Shown: positions 1 through 15,366 of the stretch, in pieces
How the letters are laid out: every line of letters begins with the position of its first letter
Numbering within the stretch: the first letter of the stretch is position 1
DNA from: Octopus sinensis
Lineage: Eukaryota
Direction: 5' to 3'
Length of the DNA: 64,000 nucleotides
Assembly: GCF_006345805.1 (NCBI RefSeq)
Contig: NC_043017.1
Location: 1,364,001-1,428,000 of the forward strand
Notes under the pieces: generated by a model
What the model was told of the DNA's origin: nothing
Database searches by the model: none
Seen by the model: the letters and a program-made list of their open reading frames with translations, nothing else
Position numbers and translations under genes: made by a program

Positions 1-577
1 AGTTCAAATTAAAACGAACTGAAACGTTGAGATGGATAGACGTGACGGGTAAAAAAAAGGGGTGCCGAGAGACCCTACGACTTCTTCAGCTGTGTCAGGA
101 AAAGTCGTCCGCTACAAAGACGCGCACGCACACACTCACGTACTTAGAAATACAAATGAATAAATATGTGTGTGCTTATGTGCATGTGTGTATGCGTGTG
201 TATCTGTGTATGCATTCATGTGTATGTGTGTGTTAGAGTGGACTCGTAAACAATGAGCGAGTGAATATGTCTATGAGAGTGTGATCTTCATGCAGTGTAC
301 GGCGATGTGTGATCAGGGAATACGCAGCGGGTATGTCCATGTTTACATGTTTACCACTTGTACATGTACGTTTGTATCCATTGTATATGTGAATCCTAAC
401 ATGTGTGCATGCATACATATGTATATACATATATGTATGCATTTGTATATATGTATGTATGTTGGACAGAGAAGTATATATGTATATATAAATATCGATA
501 AAGATACATGAGAATATGTATATATAAATACACATTTATAAATATCTGTGTATGTGTATACATACACACACACACAC

Positions 578-640
<63 letters not shown>

Positions 641-1580
641 CATATATATATATACATATATATGTCTTTGTGTATACGCATATATACATATATACATATA
701 TATAACCTGTATGCACACAAAACGTTTGTGTGTTTCTGTTTTCTGTATGCACGTATACATACATCAACACACACATCCAGACACACACACGCGCACACAC
801 ATACTTTTATCATTTTTTTTATAAACACACATGTGCATGACTGTATGATTATTGATGCATGCGTGTGCATGTGTGTATATGTGTTTATATGTGAATGTAT
901 GAGAGTGTATGTGCGTAGATATTGAATAAAATCTAAGCTAGGTTATTCTGTTATTCTTAAGATGTTGAGATATTTAATATCTTCAAAAGAAACGATAATG
1001 AACAAAAGGATATCATAGCCATATTGTGAAGATATTGTGTATTTCCTGCCGGAAAATTAATGCTTTTGTTATCAAAGAAATGGCAGACGATTTCAGAAAA
1101 TACATAAAATTACGATATATATACGTCTCATAGTGAAGACAAAAAAAGGTTTCCTTTATTATAACATGTGTAATATATGTATGTATGTTTATGTGTATAT
1201 GCATAGTGTTTATATTTGCGTGTATATATGGATGAATATGTGTGTGTATATGTATACATATACATACATATACATATATTTATATATACATGTATGCAAT
1301 TATGTAACTATGCATTGTGTATATACATTTCTGTAAGTGTGTGTGTAAATATATGTATATACGTATGTGTAGTCGCATGTGTGTCAATCTATGCATATAT
1401 TCGTGTATTGTAATTTCTGTTCGACAATAATATCTACTAAAGTATGTGCAGACATATGTACGACTGGCATGTACAATATGCATGTCTTTTTCAGGGTGTA
1501 TGTGCGTGTGTATATGCATATGTAGATATGTATATATATATGAACATATATTTACATGTATCTACACACACACACACACG

Positions 1581-1616
<36 letters not shown>

Positions 1617-1804
1617 CACTAACACACACACATACTGACACACATATATATTTATAAATATATATGTAAGCACACACATAGGCATATCTCTCTCTCTCTA
1701 TATATATATATATATGTGTGTGTGTGTATGTATTATATATATATATATATATTTATAGATGTATTATATATATACATATATATATTTAGACATATATATA
1801 CATG

Positions 1805-1845
<41 letters not shown>

Positions 1846-2418
1846 ATTATCTATATATATACATCATTAACATGCGTAGTAGACATACAACCCGGGCTAA
1901 CCTGGCTACTTCTCCGTACAATGAAAGCATGACGAACAAATGAGCAAATCCTGCTGCTGCAGTGAAGTGGTGTTACTAATTTGCGTAGAGTAAGAGTTTA
2001 ACAATATATTTAATATGAGAGGCCTGTCAACAGGTGTTTTTATCTACGCAGTACCAATGTGTAATATGATATATGTAACCTCTTTTGTAGGTACATAATC
2101 AGGAGAAATTTCACTCCGCACATGGAAAGCGTAACAAACAGCCATGTTGGATTCTCAAACCTTGTGTTCTCATCATAAATACCTGCATAACTTGTATAAA
2201 TCTATGGTTTTATATGCTTACTAACTTCTGTTTGTCTGTCTAATCCGATAGCCGTGATCGTGTCCTTCATTTGTAAAATATTTGATGTCTTTTCTCTGAA
2301 GGCAATAAAATACCACACTGTTATCAGACTGGTCATAAAAATCTAGAGTCGCAGATGTCTGCATCATTTTCATACCACGATTGCCAATTTTCTTGGCAAT
2401 ATTCTGTTTGATTTCTAA

Positions 2419-2880
2419 GGCGGTTGCTGGCAGTGTCGTTAGCACGCCGGATAAAATGCTTAGCGGCATTTCACCAATTTTTGCGTTCTGTGTTCAAATT
2501 CTGCCGAAGTCGACTTTATCGTTCAATGTCCCGGAGTCGATAAAATGAGTAAAATTCCATCGACCCAAGTTGAACACTGGGGTCGATATAATTAATGCAC
2601 GCCACCCGATGAACTGGCAGGCCTTGCGAGAAGTTTAAAGTCAATGCTTCATTTGATTTAGTGCGCCGAGCTGGCAGAATCGTTAGAAAGCTGGGAAAAA
2701 TACTTAGAGATATTTCCTCCATCTTTACGTTCTGAGTTCGTATTCCACCGAGATCACCATTATCTTTCATCCTTTCGAGGTCGATAAAACAAGCACCACA
2801 TGAGTACAGGGATCTATACAAACAACTTCCTTCTCTTCAGAAATTGCTGGCCTTCTACCAAAGTTTGAAACCAATATTAC
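2419..2880 (+). mobile_element. Two tandem copies of SINE family A (head GGCGAGCTGGCAGAATCGTTAG; body GTCGACTTTGCCTTTCATCCTTTCG)
   Basis: Copies at about 2419-2625 and 2663-2880 with tRNA-like head, B-box-like GAGTTCAAATTC and shared central motif. The family recurs more than 12 times in the window. Confidence 0.8.
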
Positions 2881-3017
2881 ATTATTTTTTCTACTTTACT
2901 CTGTCAAATTCACTCCACAGGAGATTCAGTGAATCCAGCAAGCAACAACGACTTTTCCTTTAAGAAACTCAAAATACTATGCATAAAAGAATCTATATAC
3001 AAACCTATGCACATATA

Positions 3018-3507
3018 TTGGGTTGTCCGGAAAGTTCGTGCCGATTTATAGTAGCTTAACTTTCGACTTATTTTAGAACATGGTTGAGTTCGTAAAATAG
3101 GATTTGACTACACTTCCATTTAGAGCATAGTTCAAGCTATCTTTTCGTGGAAGAAGGTTTATGTTCCTATAACCTGTCTTAATTCTGTAACCCTTTAAAA
3201 TGGAAGATAAGAAAGTTCATTTTCAGCACTTGATGCTTTGGGAACCAGACAAAAATTGCTGCAGCTTGGTCGGGATGTGTTACCCCACCCTCCATATTCA
3301 CCAGATATTGCTCCTTCAGATTTCCACTTATTCAGGTCTCTGCAGAATAGTCTTAATGGTAAAAAGTTCATTTCCTCAGATGACGTAAAAAGATACCTTG
3401 ATAAATTATTTGCCATGAAACCACCTCAATTCTGGGAAGAGGGTATTTTCAAATTAAAGGAAAGATGGAGACACATTATGCAACAAAATGGTTCATATTT
3501 GGTTGAT
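3018..3507 (+). mobile_element. Internally deleted mariner (mellifera-like) DNA transposon
   Basis: TA followed by TIR-like TTGGGTTGTCCGGAAAGTTCGTGCCGATTT at 3018. N-terminus MEDKKVHFQHLML (3200) is joined directly to the C-terminus ...DVLPHPPYSPDIAPSDFHLFRSLQNSL...KLKERW. No right TIR seen. Confidence 0.9.
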
Positions 3508-3534
3508 ACAGATAGAGGAAGTGTGACAGGTGAA

Positions 3535-3696
3535 ATCCTTCTATTGTAATAATTACACAACGAAGGATACTCACTTAGCTAGTCATAAGGCCGAAGGTAC
3601 ATTAATTGTATGAACGTTGCATAGTCGTTAAGGATCTTCGGCCTGATGAATAACTGGCTGAGTACCCCGCGCTGAGCAATTATTAGATCAGAGGAT
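3535..3696. repeat. Long imperfect inverted repeat (hairpin / MITE-like)
   Basis: 3535-3596 aligns along about 60 bp with the reverse complement of 3636-3696; loop of about 40 nt. Confidence 0.75.
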
Positions 3697-4126
3697 CTGC
3701 TAGCTGGAAAACATATGTAATCTGGATTTTACATGTTACGCTCCCTCAAGTTAGATTTTTATAATAATATATATGTATATATACACTGCAGACAGTATCA
3801 CCATGATTACTCTCACCACCACCGCAACTACAATCCCCAGTGATATTACTAGTAACACAACCACTGGCACACCTACCAGCAACATTTCCCATAATAAAAT
3901 TCCTATTTCAGTTACAGCTAGTACTACTAATAACAGCTACAAAGGCAACCATGATAAGGACAAAAGCAACTACAAGAGTCCAATCCAAATAAAATCCTTA
4001 CAAAATATAAGCCACATGTTAGCATAGCAACATAATTTAATAGCTGCATCACGTTTTCAAATATATTAAAGGAATATATAAATAGATAATATACATATGT
4101 GTGTGTGTGAGTGTGGGCGCACGCAG

Positions 4127-4162
<36 letters not shown>

Positions 4163-4445
4163 ATGTGTGTGTGTGTGTGTGTGTCAAATATATATATATA
4201 TATATACAATATAATAAAACGCAAAGAATACACGACTACGGCACATTCATCACGTTGCAATTATTCGTACACTCTTATATATGATACAGTTTCTGCAATA
4301 TAATTCATCTTCTTTTGCAAACCACACAAAGTGAATTTTATTTCAAATCATTTCTTTTTTTGTGTCTATATATATAGGAATATGTATGAATGTAGCAACA
4401 TATATATCTGTATCTATATGTATGTATATATGTATGTATATATAT

Positions 4446-4481
<36 letters not shown>

Positions 4482-4537
4482 CACACACACACATAAATAT
4501 ATACATATATATACATATATAAATATATATTTATATG

Positions 4538-4573
<36 letters not shown>

Positions 4574-4623
4574 AAGAGAATGAGGGAGAGAGTGAGAGAT
4601 GCAAATATATTTGTACATGCAAG

Positions 4624-4655
<32 letters not shown>

Positions 4656-5613
4656 TATATATATATATATATATACATGTACATAGATACTTATGTTTGC
4701 ACATACACACATACACACATACACCTACACACAATACACGTGTACACAGCCTCTCACACACACGACCACAGACACACATAAACAGGCACCCACACGCACG
4801 CGCGTCGCCCCACCCTTCACACAACACGAACACACGCAAACAAATGTGGACACATAAATTCCTATAAGAACTAATTGAAGAATTTCTTTCTCGTTGTTCA
4901 TAAATTCCAAATTGATCATCACAAAATTTAAAATATAAAAACATTCTTGTTGTTTTATATAATAATGTAGGTGTCCTTGGTTTTGCTTGTTTCAATTACT
5001 TACAACCGACAACTAAGCTTTTCCCTTGGGGTATAAAATACTTCGGATTTTATTGTTGTTAATGCTGTCGTTTTGTTGTTGTTGCTGTTGTTGCCGTGTT
5101 TCTTTTATTATCATCTTGTTGATATACTTATCGCTTAATTTAAAAATTTTTCAACAACAGCGAATGAGTTGGAAGAAAAATATTAATAATAAGACACAGA
5201 AAAGACAGAGAGATAAAGAGGGAGAGAAATATGCAGAGTAATAAAACAAAAGATATTGAAATGGAAGGAAGAAACAGATAAAGTGATAGAGAGAGAGAGA
5301 AATAGATGAAAGACTGGCATAAATTGACTGTTGATTTAAGTGCATACTTAACGGTTAAGGAACAGAATTATGAGATGCCGCTGGCAATTACTTGTGTTCG
5401 GATAATTACGGTTAATCTATTTCATTTATGCGCTCATTTTGATTGGACCACAAGGACATAAAATAAAATATATACATACGTAAGTGCGTACATATATACT
5501 TGCACAAAAAACTTATACGAAGTCATACACAGTTACGCATAGCCATTGCGTGCAAACACACCCTCTACATATATGGGAATTTCTAAGTCAACAAAATGAT
5601 AAACTGTCCGAAT

Positions 5614-5658
<45 letters not shown>

Positions 5659-6279
5659 CACCGTGAAAGATGCCCGTGTGAATACATTTGCATGTATATA
5701 TATGTATTTGCATATAAATATATTGAATTATGAATGACTATACCTACACATATACAAACGTATATATATATATATATACAGACATATATATATATATATA
5801 TATAAAAACACATGTATGTATGTATATGTGTATATATATACACAAGCATATATGTACATAGGTTTCTTGTCTGTTTGTAATATGCATATGCTTGCGTTTG
5901 ATTTTATGTGTAATCTTTTGGAGAATATCTCTATCAGCAGTGGCAGATAATAATACATTAGCCTTGTAATTTACCTATTGCTATTGTAATCATGCTACCA
6001 CTTTATATGCATACGGCTATTGCAAGAAATTTCCCTTCATTTTTGTATTTCTTAAGTAATTCGTTGTAATTGCTACATCGGCAGAGCAATGCAGGTCAAG
6101 ACCAATCAGAGAATTTCATTCTTAATTTCTTGCAGCATTGTCAAAATGTTCTTTGGTTTTGTTCGTCGATGTGAAATCCCCCACGGACACTCCGATTGTA
6201 ACATAAAAACACAAATTCTGTAAGGCACGAAACTGGAATATCTACAGACGCAGAACAATGTTGTACTCTGCTCAGTCTG

Positions 6280-6668
<389 letters not shown>

Positions 6669-6871
6669 TTCACACAAACGCACACACACGCACACACATA
6701 CACACACACACACACAAAACACGCATATACGCATGTATAAGCGGGTTGCAGTCAGAGGTGTTATGCGGGTAGATGTTATGGGTGCACACACATATATACA
6801 TAGATGTATATATTCAATAATCTATATATCTATATACCTCCCTAATGATATCTGTCTATCTGTCTATAAAT

Positions 6872-6904
<33 letters not shown>

Positions 6905-6909
<5 letters not shown>

Positions 6910-7158
6910 ACTTTATGGCTAGGGTGTCAGCAACATGATCGTAAGATTGTAATTTCGATTCCTGGACCGGGCGACGAGTTGTGTTCTGGAGCTAAACACT
7001 TCATTTCACGTTGCTTCAGTCCACTCAACTGGCAAATAGGAGTAACGCTGCGATGGACTGGCGTTCCGTCCAGCTGGGGAACACATACGCCATTGAAGCC
7101 GGGAAACGGGGCCCAGGAGCCTGGCTAGGCTTTAAAAGGGCGCATTTATTTATTTTAA
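6905..7158 (+). mobile_element. Diverged tRNA-derived SINE related to family C
   Basis: B-box-like TTTCGATTCC. 3' domain GCGATGGACTGGCGTTCCGTCCAG...GGGAAAC.GGCCC is shared with the copies at 17602, 53904 and 59872. (TTTA)n tail. Confidence 0.7.
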
Positions 7159-7270
7159 TTGTATGTATATATACCTCTCTATCCAACTATCTCTTTGCCT
7201 ATTATCGTTTGTCATACCCACTCTCACTCTATATACACACATATATTTATATATATATACATATAAATCT

Positions 7271-7495
7271 ATACAGACTGCGATGGGTAAATTCTCACCA
7301 TTTTGTATTTCTAATTTCGCACATGCGGTTTGTTTCTTATTTCGATTTTTGATTTTCGATTACACAATATAGTAGGGTCAGTTTGGCATCGTCTGTGATA
7401 AAAACAGCACCATAACGCAATTCAATCTGTCAGAAATTTGGAAAGAACATACTGCACTGCTTGGCATTCACGTTGGAAGCTCCAATACGAACATG
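7271..7495 (+). mobile_element. Probable 5' end of a Tc1/mariner-superfamily transposon
   Basis: Starts at TACAG.. after a TA run; decayed transposase-like N-terminus (TQFNLSEIW..HTALLGIHVGSSNTN). Recognised by resemblance only. Confidence 0.4.
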
Positions 7496-8359
7496 AAATT
7501 GTTTCCCCTTCACAAGTGGACTGGTCTCCATTGCTATTTGGTAATGATGACACATCAACTTGAAGTGGAGGGGAGTTTTAAAAAGACCAAAGATGTATGT
7601 TCTATTGCATCTGTCTACGTCTTTGAAATACAGATCACTGACAACTGTGAATTATTTTTCTTAGTACATTTCTGTTTAAATATATTCCGCTAGAGCGAAA
7701 TCTACTCTGAAGAACTTAGAATATGGTCACAAGAAAAAACTTGAATCCATTTATAGGGTAAAATTCCTTAAAATCTGAGTTATTTTTTATTTCATTTGGC
7801 TTGCAAGTAGAAATCCTGCAACACGTGACTATCTATGGTACTCCGATTGGTAACAGATATAATCTAGTTTCGATATCAACTCCAACGCAATTGTTTGAGT
7901 CTCGTGTTACGAGAGAGGAACAGTAACTAACGTTATCTGTAAGAAATATCCTTCAAATGTTTGCTATGAGATATTAGATCTTTATGTGTTAATGTAGGAC
8001 TGGCTTGGTTTATTTTATAGTCACAGAGATATAACGTAGTCATTTATTACATTATATGATAACATTTTGCTATATTGGATTTTATCAGATATCCTATCAT
8101 ACCACAGAGCCGCCATGTTACATGATTTCATTAACATGCAATGATATCAAACGATATCGTCTCATTGATGTTTCGAAATGAGGTTGCTAACGGACCCCTT
8201 CAAAGAAAGGAAGATAGAAAGAAAGAAAGAAGGAAAGAAAGAAAGAAAGGGAATGGAAATTATGATGGCAGATGCATAGGCTGTGCAGAAGATAGTGAAC
8301 TAGATAGATAGGTAGATAGATATGTTGATAAATATGCAATAAGGTAAATAGACAAACAT

Positions 8360-8393
<34 letters not shown>

Positions 8394-9602
8394 GTGTGCG
8401 TGTGTGTGTGTGGACATATAGATAAGTGAAAGGAGAGATTGATAGATACATTGACACAGATAAACAGCGAGACAGAGAGGCAGATAGATGAATAGATATA
8501 AATAGATAGAAAGACGGACAGACTGACAGATAGATGGATAAAGATAAAGAGACAAATAAATTCATAAATTGACAGAAAATATATAAGAATGGATGTGTTA
8601 TTTCAGATATATATATGAAAAGAATGAATTGAAATGTTGCTGCACTGTGAACTTACTTGACATAAATCTACATACATAGATATAAACACACGCTCATAAA
8701 TCTTTAGACTTATACTGCCATACACATGCGATCCTACATGATATACCTGAAGACATGTGTCTGTGTGTTTCAGATAGTTCAATGCATATTATGTAAAGTA
8801 TATTCCTCAGCACATGTTACCCTGCGTTAGATGACACAGAACCCAATGCATATAGAAGACAGAATTAGCCAATTCATTGATATAAAGCATGTGTGCTTCC
8901 CCTAACATATTGCAATATACTGGATTGCGGATAGGATATACGTATATGGATTGTGGAATCGTTAATCTGGACACGTTTTTCTTTTCTCTGTCCTTTTTTC
9001 TGTCTCCATTTCCTTTCCTCATTCTTCTTTTTTGAAGAGCTTAGGCTCCAAAAGTCAAACACATTTCCGTTTTTTCTTGAGCGTCAAACTACTTCACCTT
9101 GTCTTTTGACCCATTACTTATCTTTGTCTTTTGTCTTTGTACATTTGAACAACACACACACACACACACACAAAGAGGCAATTAATCTGATAAACAAATT
9201 CAATACAACAGGCGCAGTTCGATATACAAAATATGGATATATGTATGCATGCAAAACAGACAGCATACAGAAAGCATACATGCAATAGTGAAGTCACAAA
9301 CTGACGATTTTGAGATGATGAATGATTAAGTCTAAATATATAGATATAGATATATACTAATACATCAAATTTACACAGAGTACAAACGAGAAATTTAAAA
9401 GGGCAGAAGTAAATCGTTATAAGTTTCTCGGGCCTCGGATATAATACTTTCTTGTAAACACAGATATTACTCGTCATTTGCCCTCTTTATTAGGTCTATG
9501 TAATTTTGTATGATTATCCTTACTTACAATTAGCCTAGGTTTTCCTAGCAACTTACTCCCACCACTAATACCACCTTTTCAACAAGATTAATCCTTTTCA
9601 TT

Positions 9603-9655
9603 AGATAGATGGATAGATAGATACATAGATAGATAGATGGATAGATAGATAGATG

Positions 9656-9700
<45 letters not shown>

Positions 9701-9745
9701 GTAGATAGATAGATAGATAGATTGATAGATAGATAGATGGATAGA
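9603..9745. repeat. (GATA)n microsatellite
   Basis: Direct reading. Confidence 0.97.
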
Positions 9746-10823
9746 GATAAGGGTATAGATATCTTGATGAATAAATGCTTCTTTGTAAATACTTTCTATG
9801 TGGATAAATACTGCAATGCGTTTAAATATATATGGAAGCGCAAAATACTATGGCAAGTGTGCTTATATTCAAGTGCTACAGTTACATGTACTTTTACGAA
9901 TGTAAATTTCTTATATATAGATCTACAAATATTTCAGTATCCCCAAAGTCACGTATATTCCAATTTGCACTTTCTAAGAATATTCTGAAAAGATATAAGT
10001 CCGAGAATACACACCTTCGCTTACATGCACTTGCACATATTGAGATAGGAAACCAAAGCTTTTATATCTGTTTTATTTGCATGGTTAAACGTATACCGCA
10101 TTAATATGTAGGAAATATAAAATAGCCAACCATGAACTTTTAGATCAAACTCACATGATCCATGGTAACCATTAATTAGACTCACAATCTGATGCAGATT
10201 TGCATGACCCAGCACAGGTGTTCCCCACTCCCACGCTCCAGGGTCTTCTTTAAATATCTGAATAGAGCTAATTAAGGAAGTTTTGGGAGAGAAGTATATT
10301 TTATCTGCTCGTTATGTTATACTATTTATTCGAATCAGCATGATGTGGTGTATAACAGATGAGTATGGTACAGTATAATATAAAATAGTTATCTATATGT
10401 GTATGTGTGCATGTGTGCGTCTGTACTCGATCTTATGCGTGTAAACAGATAATGCATGTAAATATATGCATATATACATACATACATATATATATATGTA
10501 TATATGTATATATATATACATATATATATGTTATGTACGTGTATATGTACGTGTGTATTTTATATGAATAAGGATAGGATCGTTATTTAAATATCGATCT
10601 TATCATGTGGCCAGCATGGGAATAAAAACCTTCAAAGGTAATAATTATTATTAAAATTATGATTTACAGTATCTAAGAGATACCACCACGCTGGAAATAG
10701 CAGCCAGAACCTGACTTCAAAACCACATTAAATTTTCATACAGCACTAGGAGAGAAGAGAAAAAGACAAAGTAAAGTAACAAAAAAAAATTACTGGATTA
10801 CTGGTATATTTGATATATATATG

Positions 10824-10871
<48 letters not shown>

Positions 10872-11204
10872 TGTGTATCTATGTATCTATATATACATAC
10901 ATACATTCATATGTAGCCAAATTGAATATTAATAATCGAACATTCGAAATAGTAAATACCAAAACTACAAAAGGAGTATATGGAATGGATTGATTTGCTT
11001 CTCAATAAAGTTAGGAAAAGAGCCGTACTTTATTTATTACGTTTCGAGCATAGCTCTTCCCTAGAAGGTGGCGGAAGTATGGGTCCCGATAATGGAAACG
11101 TCCAGTAAAGTATTTGTGTAGTTGCATGGCGGCTGAAGTGAACGGAAGTAGAGAATGACAAAATTGTACATTCATGCACGTATACACCCATGCTTTCAGG
11201 CACG

Positions 11205-11552
11205 CATACCTACCTACCTACATACATACATACATAAATATATGCATGCATACATATACACTTACATATATGCATGCATACATACATATATACATACATG
11301 CATACATAATACATACATGCATACAAAGCATACATGCATACATACATATATACATACAGGCATGCATACATACATACACACACATGCATACATACATACA
11401 TGCCTGTATGCATACATACATGGGTGCATACATACTCATATACACACATACATACATGTATGTTTACATATATACATGCATGCATACATACATGCATGCA
11501 TACATACATGCATGCATACATACATGCATGCATACATCCATACATATATGCA
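11205..11552. repeat. Degenerate (CATA)n/(CATG)n microsatellite
   Basis: Direct reading. Confidence 0.95.
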
Positions 11553-12679
11553 TAATACTCGTCAATTAAGACTCTTCTCTTACCTTCTCTCATACATAGA
11601 GACACACAGACACACACATACACACACACTCACACATATATATGTATAAAGAATTGAAAATACTCGTGACGCATAAAATTCGTATGTTATTGAGGACTTC
11701 GAATGAGTGTGTGTGTGCCCATGTGTGTGTATTTGTGTGTGTTTGTGAGCGTGTGGTGCTACCACTGCTTCGAGCCCAGTATTTATCAGGATGCAGGATA
11801 TTATTCAGATAAAAAGAAGAAAAGGTGAGCCCTTCATCCGCTGAAAATCGGAGAGGTACTGGTGGTTTTGGTGTTAGTGCTGCTGGACTTGTGGCATGCA
11901 AAATAACTGCTAGTTTGGAACTAGGGCATGTCTACTACGGAAGGTACCACCAGGCAGAAGAAACAAAATAGTCTACAGTCACCAAAAATTGCCACATATG
12001 TAGGAAATGGTTTCTTGTAGCAATTAGTAGGAAAACCATACTGTTACAGAGCTTAGAAACACAAACCAACATGGCGCAAGAGGCCGCAAAAATTTAACAT
12101 TAAACACGATACATATAATGACGATGTTAATAACCACAATAATAATAATGATGATAATGATGATATTGATACTACTACTAATAATAATTATAATAATAGC
12201 ACTAATAATAATAATTTTAATAATAATAATAATAATAATAATAATATTGTTCATGTTGTTCCTGGCGCTGTGGCTCTTATTGTTGTTGTTAGTGTTGGCT
12301 GTTGGTATTACTTTTTTTTATTAGTATTCTTATTAGTTTAAAAAATGTATTACAAAAAAAAATGATGATAAATTGAATTCATTAAAGCGGGTTGCGAATT
12401 TTCCCTTTGTTAAATTTTTAAATTCTAATTATTTTTTTGTTGATTTCGTTTTATCATTTTATATTTGTTTATATTATTTTTTTTTGTTTCAAAAGTTTCT
12501 TTTTTGTTTTCGTTTTTGTTTTTCGTATTATTTAATGACCGTTATGTTTTTCGAATTGTAACGAAATGTATGGCGTGTTACTCTCATGAAAATCACTTCA
12601 AAGCAAATGTTAAATATTGGGGTGTGGTGGTGCGGGTTGGGCGGTGAAGCGGTGGTGACAGTGGCGGTGTTGGTTGTGC

Positions 12680-13290
12680 AGATGGTGGTGATAATGATGA
12701 TGTTGATGATGATGATGATGATGATGGTGGTGATGATGATGATGATGATGAGAATGACGATGGTAGTTATGATGATGATGATGATGAAGCTGTATATGGC
12801 GATGATGATGATAATGTTGATGATTATAATGAAGACAATCATGATGATGATGATGGCGATGATGATGATGAGGAGGAGAAGTAGAATGACGTTGATAGTG
12901 ATGATGATGAATATGATAATGGTGATGATGATGATGGTGATTATGATGATGATGACGATGATTATGTTGATAAGGATGATGATGACGATTACGATGACAA
13001 TGATGATGATGATGTAGATTGTTATTATTTCTATTGCAGGATGGTAATGTTTATAATGAAATAAATGAAGATCATGGTATTGATGATAACGATGTTGTTG
13101 AGGTTGGTAGTGGTGATGATGTTGGTTGTGATGTGGACGGTTTCCTTGATGGAATGGTTGGAGTAAGATGTGATGCTGGTAACTGGTTAAGCAACTGCGT
13201 TGGCGGTGAAGGTACAGCCATGGTAAGGATGATAGCAACGTTGCTGGTAATGATGATGGTGGTGGTGGTGATGGTAGTCGTAGCTGTGAT
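12680..13290. repeat. Degenerate (GAT)n/(GGT)n trinucleotide low-complexity tract
   Basis: Direct reading; explains the poly-M/poly-I ORFs. Confidence 0.9.
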
Positions 13291-13668
13291 GCTCGGTGGA
13301 TGAAGAATACCATTTCCTATCATCGTCTTGAATGGGAAGAGAGAAGAGAAGAGAGTTTAGACAAAGCTGGCGACAGTAATCTCCATATCTAGACCAGAAA
13401 CAACGACGACAACAACAACAGCTACTAAAATAACACGACGACAACAACAAGAAAAACAACGCAGCAACAACTAGAAAAATCATCACTACAGCAACGAAAA
13501 AAAAAATCGACGTTAATTTCAATATCATCATGTATGATATATAATATAAACTTAAAATCGGTAGAGTGCAACAAATCTATATAAATATATTATATAATAA
13601 ATTAATTTTACTCTGCTATGTATTGAGTACCTTATTTACTGTGGTTAACCCCGAATCAACCCGGGACC

Positions 13669-13708
<40 letters not shown>

Positions 13709-14048
13709 AACACAGAACAGCACCAGCAATGGAACCCCCCACCGCAAACACTGTTACTTATCGTCACTATCATCTCTACCCACACACCGTCGCTACCACC
13801 AAATCCACCACCAATACATCTGTCGCTGTCCCCACACAGTGTCTCCCCAGCGGCATCCAAAACCACCACTGTCACTACTGCTGCTATAACTGCTACTACA
13901 AACTGCTGCCGATAGTACTACTCCTACAACTGCTATTACTACAACTGGTACTATTGCTACAACCACAAACACTAACAATATAGCCTATGCTGTTGCTGTT
14001 GATGCTGCCGCTGCTACTACAACTACAACTACGACTACTACTACTAAA

Positions 14049-14088
<40 letters not shown>

Positions 14089-14135
14089 TACTACTGCTAC
14101 TACAACTACTAGCACTACTACTAGCACTACTACTC

Positions 14136-14176
<41 letters not shown>

Positions 14177-14710
14177 TGCCCTGATGCAGTACCAGGCAGT
14201 GGCTCTCATGGCTTCTGACCTTAACTGATTGGGAGTGTTATCATGTACATTGTTTTGTCTTGGTATAAAAGATGGGCCACAGCAAATATTCTGCTCAATA
14301 CCACAGATTTGCTTGTCAGTTGTTTGACCTTAACCAGTTGAGCATGTCCGTTAGTGGCTGACGATATGTGCATCTCTGATCACGAGCAGAAGTAGTGGGG
14401 GAGCATCATAGCCATGTGTTGAGAAGGATTCTTTGGGGTTTGAATAATTCACCTCGGGAAACATAGGTGCTTCGTTCAACATCCTTAAACAACCCCTATT
14501 CAGGGACCTTTTGAGCGGGATTGGCTACTCGACCAGAAGAGAATTGTAACTGGGCCCCACCTGCAAGGTCATGTGCTGTTTATCTTGATATGAGATCACC
14601 ATATCGCGCACATTTGGTTGTGATGCATGTGCCCGGTGTACCCTTATCGGACGGGTAGTTATGATGGGTATCCCAGTGTCACTTTGATGGCATGTACTGC
14701 TCTCTCACTC
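14177..14710 (+). mobile_element. (AAT)n-associated ~555-bp non-coding element, copy 1 (near full length)
   Basis: Begins TGCCCTGATGCAGTACCAGGCAG and ends CTCTCTCACTC. (AAT)n on both sides. Closely matches copies at 29641 and 39447. Confidence 0.9.
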
Positions 14711-14792
14711 AATAATGATAATAATGATAATAACATTAATCATAATAATGATAACAACAAAAACAACAACAACAACAACAATAATAATAATA

Positions 14793-14829
<37 letters not shown>

Positions 14830-15031
14830 TATTATTATTATTATTACAAACAACAGCAATATATAACAATGAAAATATAGCATCATAGTAGTCATACTAT
14901 AGTAATAATAAGAGGAGCATATAGAACAATAACAACATAGATGCTACAACATCAAGGATATTTTTGTTTTGTTCTTGTATAGTAGTTAGTAATCGTTACA
15001 GTTTTTATTGTTATATATTGCTGTTGTTTGT

Positions 15032-15122
<91 letters not shown>

Positions 15123-15125
15123 TAA

Positions 15126-15337
15126 TATTCAGGGACCTTTTGAGCGGGATGGGTTACTCGATCTGAAGAAAATTCTAACTGGGCTCCACCTGCAAGGTCA
15201 TGTGCTGTTTATCTTGATATGAGATCACCATGTCGCGCACATATGGTTGTGATGCATGTGCCTGGTGTACCTTTATCAGACGGGTAGTCATGATGGGTAT
15301 ATTTGTCACTTTGATGGCATGCTCTGCTCGCTCACTC
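15126..15337 (+). mobile_element. (AAT)n-associated element, copy 2 (5'-truncated)
   Basis: Only the 3' ~210 bp (from TATTCAGGGACC) is present, between (AAT)n tracts. Confidence 0.9.
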
Positions 15338-15366
15338 AATAATAATAATAATAATAATAATAATAA

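Noticed and set aside
11770-11901. Complex part of ORF 11590-11901 (..PKPPVPLRFSADEG..)
   Set aside because: Runs into a (CA)n repeat; no domain or splice evidence.
12528-13531. Poly-M/I/H and Thr/Ser-rich mucin-like ORFs
   Set aside because: Degenerate trinucleotide repeats open in several frames on both strands; no splice or domain support.
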